From: an uncultured Candidatus Saccharibacteria bacterium
GTDB lineage: Bacteria > Patescibacteriota > Saccharimonadia > CAILAD01 > BJGX01
NCBI GenBank assembly: GCA_964552475.1
Contig: CAZKFZ010000001.1
Location: forward strand, 128,621-192,620
DNA: 64,000 nucleotides
Reading direction: 5' to 3'
Made by a program: the position numbers and the translations under genes. Below the pieces are notes generated by a model that was not told where the DNA came from, ran no database searches, and saw only the letters and a program-made list of their open reading frames with translations. This document shows positions 57,284-64,000 of the stretch, in pieces (position 1 is the first letter of the stretch; every line of letters starts with the position of its first letter).

Positions 57284-57781
57284 ATGAAACACCGAAGACG
57301 TATAGCTCCAGACTACATACATAGCTCTTTCTTTGGCTTAGAAGACAGCTTAGTTTCTACTACTGGTGCCCTCGCTGGTATAGCTATTGGTGCAGGTAAT
57401 AAAGAAGTAATACTTATGACAGCATTGGTTATAATTGCGGTTGAATCAACCTCAATGGGTGCCAGTGAATTTATTAGTGAAGAGACCGAAGAAGATATAG
57501 AGAAAGAAAAAATGCCTGCAAGTCCTTTAATAAGCGGGCTTTTGATATTTGGCAGCTACATATTAGCGGGCACTATACCGCTTGCGCCATACTTGTTTCT
57601 TCCCCATTTGCAAGCAATACCCGTAAGTATTGTTATGGCCCTGATAGGTTTAATCGTATTAGGAATATTTAAGGGTAAAATTACTCACAAGAGCCCGGTG
57701 CGTTCAGCTCTAGAGGTACTAATAATTGGTGGTATTGCTGCGGCAATTGGTTTAGCGGTAGGAATAATATTTAAGGTGTAA
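57284..57781 (+). CDS. VIT1/CCC1-family membrane protein (putative Fe/Mn transporter)
   Basis: FGLEDSLVSTTGALAGIA and C-terminal GGIAAAIGLAVG motifs. The track start at TTG 57197 is re-set to ATG 57284, with TATACT 7 nt upstream (leaderless). Confidence 0.7.
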   Translation: MKHRRRIAPDYIHSSFFGLEDSLVSTTGALAGIAIGAGNKEVILMTALVIIAVESTSMGASEFISEETEEDIEKEKMPASPLISGLLIFGSYILAGTIPLAPYLFLPHLQAIPVSIVMALIGLIVLGIFKGKITHKSPVRSALEVLIIGGIAAAIGLAVGIIFKV

Positions 57782-57787
57782 TTGCTT

Positions 57788-58783
57788 TTAGGGTAAGTTA
57801 AGCAGTTTTTTGGCAATTTTATCACCATCGTGACGAATAAGAGTTCTAAGTATACGCTTATCGCTCTTATTTTGTTTATGTATCTCACTCGAGATTAAAT
57901 CTGTAGAAACAATTTTATAGCTTAGTGTAGACCCCGCACTTTTATTTTCTACTGCTAGCTCACCTTGTTTGGCATACTTACTTAACAACTCAGTACTTGG
58001 TTTGGCAGAATTATACAATACGTAATTAAGTACATCAGCTTGAGCAAAACGATTTATCTCGTCTGCAAAATCTTGAACGGTAAAACCCTCTGTTTGACCT
58101 GGCTTAGTTACAAGGTTACATACATAAACTACCGGCGCCTTGGTGCTTTGAAGGAGATCGCCCATACCCTCTACTAACAATGTCGGGGCTAGACTACCAT
58201 AAAGATGTCCTGGAGCAACAACTACAATATCGGCATTTAGTATTGCACTACCAACATTAGGATTAATTACACTTTTAGGTGTTAGCCTTAAGTTTGGCTT
58301 TACTCCTTTTTTCCAGCTAGTTTGAGCAACTGCAAATTCACCGCGCACTACTACACCGTCGCTGGTTTCTAACTCTAAGTGAGAATCTGTAAGAGTTACC
58401 GGTAGAACTCGTCCGGTAATATTTAAAATCTTAGAGGCCTTGTTTACCGCATCGCCAAAATTTCCAGAAGTTTTCTCCAGAGCACTTATAAATAAATTAC
58501 CAAAGCTGTGCCCCTCTAGACTTCCAGCTTCGAATCGATAATTAAACAACTCTCTTAAATCAGACGATTCGTCTGCTAAAGCCACTAAGCACTGCCTAAT
58601 ATCTCCTGGTGGTAAAACACCTAGCTCGTCACGCAATACTCCTGTTGAGCCACCGTCATCGCTCATATTTACGATAGCAGTAATATTAGGGGTATACTTT
58701 TTTAGTTTGGATAATAGCGTGAAGCTACCCGTCCCTCCCCCTATAACGGCAATTTTTGGATATTTAGTTTGAGAGTTTATCAT
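57788..58783 (-). CDS. YvcK/CofD-family protein (UPF0052, gluconeogenesis factor-like)
   Basis: KIAVIGGGTGSFTLLSKLK...SDDGGSTGVLRDELGVLPPGDIRQ, typical of YvcK. Confidence 0.7.
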   Translation of the reverse strand: MINSQTKYPKIAVIGGGTGSFTLLSKLKKYTPNITAIVNMSDDGGSTGVLRDELGVLPPGDIRQCLVALADESSDLRELFNYRFEAGSLEGHSFGNLFISALEKTSGNFGDAVNKASKILNITGRVLPVTLTDSHLELETSDGVVVRGEFAVAQTSWKKGVKPNLRLTPKSVINPNVGSAILNADIVVVAPGHLYGSLAPTLLVEGMGDLLQSTKAPVVYVCNLVTKPGQTEGFTVQDFADEINRFAQADVLNYVLYNSAKPSTELLSKYAKQGELAVENKSAGSTLSYKIVSTDLISSEIHKQNKSDKRILRTLIRHDGDKIAKKLLNLP

Positions 58784-60116
58784 TTAGATAATTAGGTAAA
58801 TCTTTTATTTTTATCCGTTCTTGCTTCATACTGTCTCTGTCGCGAACAGTCACCGCCTCGTCTTGTAAACTTTCAAAATCAACCGTTACGCAGTATGGTG
58901 TACCTATTTCGTCTTGACGTCTGTAGCGCTTACCAATAGACTGTGTCTCGTCGTACTCAACATTATATTCCCCAGCAACTCTAGTAAATATTTGATGCGA
59001 CAGATTACTAAGCTCTGGTTTTTTACTAAGGGGTAGTATTGCTACCTTTACTGGCGCTAGGCGTTTATCAAATTTCATTACTACTCTTTTTTCGCCATCC
59101 ACATCTTCCTCATGATAGGCATCGGCAATGACAGCCAAGAATAGACGGTCAACTCCAATAGACGTCTCAATAACCCAAGGCACAAATTTCTCACCAGTTG
59201 TCTCGTCGAAATATTCTAAATCACGTTTACTATATTTTCCATGCCTGCTTAAATCCCAATCCCCACGATTATGTATACCCTCCATCTCTTTAAAACCGAA
59301 TGGAAAATTATATTCGATATCCCATGCATTTTTGGCATAGTGTGCTCTCTCATTCTCACCATGTTCACGATAACGTAAGTTTTCTTTCTTTAAGAAGGTT
59401 TGTAGCCAATCCATGCGACGCCGTTTCCAAATTGCAAATATATCATTAGCTTGGTTGGGGTGAACAAATATTTGCATCTCAGCCTGTTCAAACTCACGTT
59501 GGCGAAAAAGAAAATCACCAGGAGTAATCTCGTTGCGGAAGGCTTTACCTATCTGTCCCACACCAAATGGTAATTTTGCTCTGGTAGTCTCACGTACATT
59601 AGTAAAATTCGTGTATATACCTTGACAAGTCTCACCTCGCAAATATGCTTTGGTTTTACTACCTTCAATCGACCCCAAACCAACTTCTACTAACAAATTA
59701 AACTCTTTTGGCTCTGTCCAATCTATTTTGCTACAACTAGGACATTTTGTCTTGGTTAGTAGGTTAAGAATCTCTTTTTGGTCGGTACTATCTATGCCTA
59801 CCAACTTATCGGCTCTATAACGGTGTTTGCAAGCCTTACAATCAACCATGGGATCACTGAACTGCACGGTGTGACCAGAGGCCTCCCAAACTCGTGGATT
59901 TTGTATAATAGCACTATCTAATCCGGTGATGTTTTCATTGCTATATACAACTTCTTGCCACCACAATTTTTTAATATTATTCTTCAGTTCTGTACCATAT
60001 GGTCCAAAATCATAAAAACCAGCTAAGCCACCATATATTTCGCTAGCCTGAAATACAAAACCACGTCTTTTACAAAAACCTACTAGATCTTCCATGCTGA
60101 TATTTAATTTACTCAT
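58764..60116 (-). CDS. glyQS: Glycyl-tRNA synthetase, dimeric alpha2 type
   Basis: N-terminus GFVFQASEIYGGLAGFYDFGPYG and class II motifs; 450 aa. 20-nt overlap with the downstream yvcK-like start. Confidence 0.9.
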   Translation of the reverse strand: MSKLNISMEDLVGFCKRRGFVFQASEIYGGLAGFYDFGPYGTELKNNIKKLWWQEVVYSNENITGLDSAIIQNPRVWEASGHTVQFSDPMVDCKACKHRYRADKLVGIDSTDQKEILNLLTKTKCPSCSKIDWTEPKEFNLLVEVGLGSIEGSKTKAYLRGETCQGIYTNFTNVRETTRAKLPFGVGQIGKAFRNEITPGDFLFRQREFEQAEMQIFVHPNQANDIFAIWKRRRMDWLQTFLKKENLRYREHGENERAHYAKNAWDIEYNFPFGFKEMEGIHNRGDWDLSRHGKYSKRDLEYFDETTGEKFVPWVIETSIGVDRLFLAVIADAYHEEDVDGEKRVVMKFDKRLAPVKVAILPLSKKPELSNLSHQIFTRVAGEYNVEYDETQSIGKRYRRQDEIGTPYCVTVDFESLQDEAVTVRDRDSMKQERIKIKDLPNYLNDKLSN

Positions 60117-60131
60117 GTCTAGTATTATACC

Positions 60132-60851
60132 TTATAGTGAGTACTCTTGAAAAACTTTAGTACTACGAAAAACTAAATCAAAGTGATATTCGTAGTAGCG
60201 CATGAGTAATTGCTCCCCTTCTTTTAAAGGGCTAGCAATTTTAGTAAGCCTGCTAAGACTAATTAATCTACTGCTTAATAGTAGTCGCCACAACTTTATT
60301 GTGTCCACCGATATTATGCCATAGTGCCCATTTGGCTTAGCCCTAGATATTAAACCAGAGTCATAAACCAGGTAGTGTGGCACTCCCAGCTTGGTGTCTG
60401 ACAGATCTGGTTGTGAACCAATAGTAGCCAAAAATCGCAGACCAAAATATTGCCTGGTAATTAGTGGGTTAACCCCATCTTTTAACCCACTAAATACTTC
60501 TTGAATTAGTTCATATGCAGCTTTGTTGGCTTGTGATTCCATTGATAGTTGGTTGATAGTCTCTAGTACTATATATGCCGTGTACAAACACTCTTGCGAT
60601 AGCGCTGAGAAATCAAATACCTGTATGGCTTGGGCGCCAATAATAATATCGAGGTTGCGGCCCTTTGTGAGCCTTATTTTTACTTTAGTGAATGGCTCTA
60701 GATGACCACTGAGTTTTGCCTTAGATCGTCTCACTCCTTTTGCTATGGCCTTTAACTTACCTTCTTCAAAAGTAAAAATAGTAATTATCCTATCAGCTTC
60801 ACCAAGATTGATATAACTCAGCACAAAACCTTCAATTTCACTATATTTCAT
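60132..60851 (-). CDS. recO: DNA repair protein RecO
   Basis: N-terminal OB fold (EGFVLSYINLGEADRIITIFTFEEGKLKAIAKGVRRSK); 239 aa. Confidence 0.8.
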   Translation of the reverse strand: MKYSEIEGFVLSYINLGEADRIITIFTFEEGKLKAIAKGVRRSKAKLSGHLEPFTKVKIRLTKGRNLDIIIGAQAIQVFDFSALSQECLYTAYIVLETINQLSMESQANKAAYELIQEVFSGLKDGVNPLITRQYFGLRFLATIGSQPDLSDTKLGVPHYLVYDSGLISRAKPNGHYGIISVDTIKLWRLLLSSRLISLSRLTKIASPLKEGEQLLMRYYEYHFDLVFRSTKVFQEYSL

Positions 60852-61240
60852 TTTGCTTGCTTAGCGCTCAGTATTAAATCAATATTGTCAAGTAATTGCT
60901 TTGGAGATATCTGAGATTTCACAAAAAAAGCACCCACACCCAAACTGTCACGAACAGTGCTATTTAGATTAATGTTGGCCTGGGTTAAATTAGTGAGAAT
61001 TACGATTTTTGTATTATCATACTTGGGGTTCTTGCGGACATTTTTAATAAACTGTAATCCGTTCATACCGGGTAGTAAAATATCCACAACTATACAGTCT
61101 GGGGAGTTGTTTTTAAGCCAACCAAGGGCTTTTTCGGCGTCACTTAAAACTACCACACTGTAGCCATATTTACTGAATTTGTACTCATACATTTCGCCAA
61201 GTATCTTATCATCTTCTATGAATAATATTTTTCGTGCCAT
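60848..61240 (-). CDS. Single-domain response regulator (CheY-like)
   Basis: KILFIEDD...DCIVVDILLPGMNGLQF...KIVILTNL; 130 aa; ATGA overlap with recO. Confidence 0.8.
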   Translation of the reverse strand: MARKILFIEDDKILGEMYEYKFSKYGYSVVVLSDAEKALGWLKNNSPDCIVVDILLPGMNGLQFIKNVRKNPKYDNTKIVILTNLTQANINLNSTVRDSLGVGAFFVKSQISPKQLLDNIDLILSAKQAK

Positions 61241-61269
61241 ATTGTTTTACTCTACACTTTGTAGTTAGT

Positions 61270-61983
61270 CTATTCAAATACATTGAGTTGACGAGTTAAT
61301 GGTATACCAATATATAATATTTGTTTCTTGTGTGTACTGCGTTGCCAAACCGATACTTCGGTAGTTTTTAATACCTCGAGAGCATAGTTACATACAATCC
61401 CTGTAAGATCTAACTTTTTGTTAACTACCTGGTTGCGATTGAGGCTAACAATTGCAAAAATCAGTTTATTGCTCAACCATACACTTCTGGTAGAATATAT
61501 CTCCAAAACACCTAGCCTATCTCTTTTACTGAATCTTGTTTTCATTGTAGAACTATTTGTACCCGATACCAGTAGAACAGATAGTGCGTTCGTAAACACC
61601 TTAGGATCTACGTTTACTAGCGAATTTTTATATGTTTTGTGCGACAAAAATACTAGATTTGAAAATAAACTGCTAATCTGATTAAGCAGATCTTCTATAT
61701 GAACATTCTTATTTGCCTCTATTTTTAAATCGCAGAGTAGGCGTAGATTTTCAAGTAAATTAACGGCATTGTGGTTTTTTTTGTTAGCCACTTTAATACG
61801 CTTAACTATATCTGGTAGCTCAGATTTTTTGGAATTTAATAGATCTTCTAAATAGCCACTTATGGTTTGTTCTGTACTACTAACTGTTTTTGAGGTAGCA
61901 AAAAGTGTAGAAGACAAACCGCCATGAGCTATCCACTCTTCATTAATATCGTTTAACAAACCATATCCCTCCGGTACTTCCAT
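61270..61983 (-). CDS. Hypothetical protein (237 aa) upstream of the receiver gene
   Basis: No kinase H/N/G boxes recognised; function unknown. Confidence 0.35.
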   Translation of the reverse strand: MEVPEGYGLLNDINEEWIAHGGLSSTLFATSKTVSSTEQTISGYLEDLLNSKKSELPDIVKRIKVANKKNHNAVNLLENLRLLCDLKIEANKNVHIEDLLNQISSLFSNLVFLSHKTYKNSLVNVDPKVFTNALSVLLVSGTNSSTMKTRFSKRDRLGVLEIYSTRSVWLSNKLIFAIVSLNRNQVVNKKLDLTGIVCNYALEVLKTTEVSVWQRSTHKKQILYIGIPLTRQLNVFE

Positions 61984-62044
61984 ATATCTACTAGACTAGC
62001 TCTTGACATAGCAACTATGCAAGCACTAGAGCGATTAATTAGGT

Positions 62045-62764
62045 TTAGGGGTTTAGGCGTAGATTTTTTACAATTGTGTTGTAAACCTCAAGGTATTTGG
62101 TGTTGTCATCGGTTTGAATGGAAAAAGTTTTGTCACGCAAAGGTATCAAAATAATCGTTCCATTCGGTATCTTGCTAGAAATCTGACCCGTATAACGAAA
62201 TGACTTTATTCCCGACACCGTCTCTTCTTGCATTGTAACTTTCTTTTTTGTACTACCTTTGTCTGTAGATATTGAGTCTAGAGGTTTCTTTACTTCGTCG
62301 AGTTTTTTGTCTAGCAAACTAAATCTTAGAGCATACTGTTCTAATTTGGTTTCCACGTAATCTGGCATTGCAATGCCAGATATACTACCCTCGCCATCCT
62401 CAGTGCTAATTTCTAGACTCCAAGACTTAGGTATATCTACTGTGAAGCTACCTGCACTTTCCGGGGCGGTGTAGGTTCTAAAGTCGGAATTTTGTGTTTT
62501 TGCTAACTGGGCTTCATCAATCTTTTTTTGTGCAGCGGCACCATCTTTTTGACCTTGCTGGGTTGCTTCACTCAGCTTACTATCGTTTATGAAAGCTCGA
62601 GTAGCAAATACCATAACAAGTATTAATAGAATAATACTAACGCCACCGAGCACAAAGGTGAGCATTCGAAAAAGCTTGGTCTGATTATCACCGAGCGAAG
62701 CCGATTTAATAGGCTCGGTCACGGGTGTATTATTGGGTGTCTCTTGGGGGTTTAGAGGATCCAT
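62045..62764 (-). CDS. Hypothetical membrane-anchored protein (239 aa)
   Basis: N-terminal TM (LFRMLTFVLGGVSIILLILVMVFA) followed by an extracytoplasmic domain. Confidence 0.35.
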   Translation of the reverse strand: MDPLNPQETPNNTPVTEPIKSASLGDNQTKLFRMLTFVLGGVSIILLILVMVFATRAFINDSKLSEATQQGQKDGAAAQKKIDEAQLAKTQNSDFRTYTAPESAGSFTVDIPKSWSLEISTEDGEGSISGIAMPDYVETKLEQYALRFSLLDKKLDEVKKPLDSISTDKGSTKKKVTMQEETVSGIKSFRYTGQISSKIPNGTIILIPLRDKTFSIQTDDNTKYLEVYNTIVKNLRLNP

Positions 62765-62781
62765 AAAAATTTATTACTGTG

Positions 62782-63303
62782 CTATAGATTGGCTTGACCT
62801 GGCTCCCAGTCAACTGGACAAAGGCCACCGGTCTGAAGAGCTTTTACAACTCGGATGGTTTCTTCTACACTTCGACCTACATTACTATCTGAGATAACCA
62901 CATAACGTAAGTTACCTTCAGGATCAATAATAAACGTTCCTCTTTCGGCCTCACCATTTTCTTCATTAAGTACCTCGTAGGCCCTAGAAAGCTCGTGATT
63001 GGTATCTGATAACACCGGAAACTCAACATCTTCAAGATCTCTTTCAAACCATGCTTTGTGTGAGTAAACACTATCTGTACTGGCAGCCAGAACAACAGTA
63101 TCTAGTTCGTTGAATTCTTTACTGTGTTTTGCAAAACCATTAATTTCTGTAGGACACACAAAGGTAAAGTCTCTTGGGTAAAAAAACAATACTACCCACT
63201 TACCTTTAAAGTCACCTAGACTCACTTCTTTGTAGTCGTCTTTTAACTTTTTTTGGTAACTGGCAACTGTAAATTCTGGTGCTGGCTGGTTAAGTTTTAA
63301 CAT
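62782..63303 (-). CDS. 2-Cys peroxiredoxin (AhpC/Tsa family)
   Basis: Peroxidatic Cys motif FTFVCPTEI and resolving Cys in GGLCPVDWEPG; AAGGAG Shine-Dalgarno. Confidence 0.9.
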   Translation of the reverse strand: MLKLNQPAPEFTVASYQKKLKDDYKEVSLGDFKGKWVVLFFYPRDFTFVCPTEINGFAKHSKEFNELDTVVLAASTDSVYSHKAWFERDLEDVEFPVLSDTNHELSRAYEVLNEENGEAERGTFIIDPEGNLRYVVISDSNVGRSVEETIRVVKALQTGGLCPVDWEPGQANL

Positions 63304-63317
63304 ATATTTCTCCTTTT

Positions 63318-63914
63318 TTATTTACTAACGCTGTCTACAACCCACCTGGGTATTCTCTGATTAATCTCGTCCCAGTCTATCAAGGCCATAAAGGCGTCGA
63401 TATACTTTTTACGAGCCGTTGCATAATCTAGAAAATATGCGTGCTCATATACATCCATAACAATAATAGTTGTACCATTCCAAATACCACCTTGGTTATG
63501 AGCATCACATATATAATTATCAAGACTTTGTAGGTCAAAATCGAACGAACAAACAACCCAACCGCGTGCGGCCATGCCTAGGGCAGAAAATTCTTTTTGC
63601 CAGTTCTCAAAACTACTCCATTTTTTCTCTATTAGCTTAAGTATGGGGCCGCTGCATTTAGATTGCTCTTCGGTCATATTGTCAAAATAATATTCGTGCA
63701 ATTTAATACCGTTAAGCACAAAGGTTTTTTCGACGTTTAGTTCTCTTAGGTCTGAGAAAGATTGGTTGGCCGAGTCTAAATCGACATTTTCTAGTTTTGA
63801 GCAGATTTCGTTATACTTATTAACATAGCCTGTATATAACACGTCATGATGTTCGGCGAGCTGTTTTTCGCTTATTCCTGGTAATGATTTATATTTTAGG
63901 GGTTTTACCTCCAT
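63318..63914 (-). CDS. Fe/Mn superoxide dismutase
   Basis: C-terminal metal-ligand motif DVYEHAYF (D-x-W/Y-E-H-A-Y) and N-terminal His pair (AEHHDV). Confidence 0.9.
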   Translation of the reverse strand: MEVKPLKYKSLPGISEKQLAEHHDVLYTGYVNKYNEICSKLENVDLDSANQSFSDLRELNVEKTFVLNGIKLHEYYFDNMTEEQSKCSGPILKLIEKKWSSFENWQKEFSALGMAARGWVVCSFDFDLQSLDNYICDAHNQGGIWNGTTIIVMDVYEHAYFLDYATARKKYIDAFMALIDWDEINQRIPRWVVDSVSK

Positions 63915-64000
63915 ATAAATATATCCTCCTTTAAGTTAATTATATTGTAGCAAACCCCCTTGTATTATTAAAGCATTCAAAGATTAAAAGCGATAAAAAT

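Overview
This 64-kb window is a gene-dense, AT-rich bacterial chromosomal segment made almost entirely of core cell-envelope, division, translation and DNA-metabolism genes. The compact gene content, a sortase, the FtsEX/PcsB-type hydrolase module, and MreB without MreCD suggest a small-genome monoderm lineage, possibly Patescibacteria/CPR-like; that placement is inference only.

Gene content in window order (1-15 kb): partial prfB on the minus strand; ftsE-ftsX followed by a coiled-coil CHAP hydrolase (PcsB-like) and an S41 C-terminal processing protease; a Nudix hydrolase; pyrG; rpmA (L27) preceded by a putative RNA methyltransferase; a membrane protein; xseA-xseB; two unknown proteins; tRNA-Leu(CAA); a sortase with a His-rich N-terminus; and a PEGA/beta-propeller membrane protein.

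15-34 kb: mreB with a putative O-antigen-ligase-like membrane protein, a GT4 glycosyltransferase and a WecB/TagA-family glycosyltransferase; a zinc-ribbon membrane protein; gltX; a putative papain-like protein; nrdB-nrdA with tandem NrdR-like boxes and a near-consensus promoter; a sensor histidine kinase, a COG0523 CobW-type GTPase and a single-domain response regulator; and a class IIb Asp/Asn-tRNA synthetase.

34-49 kb: scpA-scpB, rluB-like, dacA-like, der and pth; a small possibly acquired islet (two small ORFs, a higher-GC MiaE-like ferritin-fold gene, a TrmB-like regulator) ending in a structured noncoding region; then dprA-topA, a sigma-70 region 4/HARE-HTH fusion protein, and a 906-aa membrane-anchored VirD4/TraD-like ATPase. 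An 850-bp AT-rich ORF-free region follows, with genes converging on it from both sides.

49-64 kb, all on the minus strand: a reduced division/cell-wall cluster (mraZ-rsmH-ftsL-ftsI-mraY-ftsW-murG-ftsQ), then VIT1-family, yvcK-like, glyQS, recO, a response regulator, two unknown proteins, a 2-Cys peroxiredoxin and Fe/Mn superoxide dismutase.

The observations most worth a second look are:
- a promoter-to-terminator defined candidate small RNA on the minus strand at about 40.6-40.8 kb;
- the orphan VirD4/TraD-like ATPase paired with the sigma-region-4/HARE-HTH protein and followed by the 850-bp AT-rich convergent region;
- a duplicated rsmH 3'-end micro-ORF and (TTTTTG)n tracts inside the division cluster, plus MraZ-box repeats upstream of mraZ.

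No CRISPR array, rRNA, or canonical integrase/transposase was seen. The ORF track evidently allows TTG/GTG starts, so several starts were re-set to downstream ATG codons.
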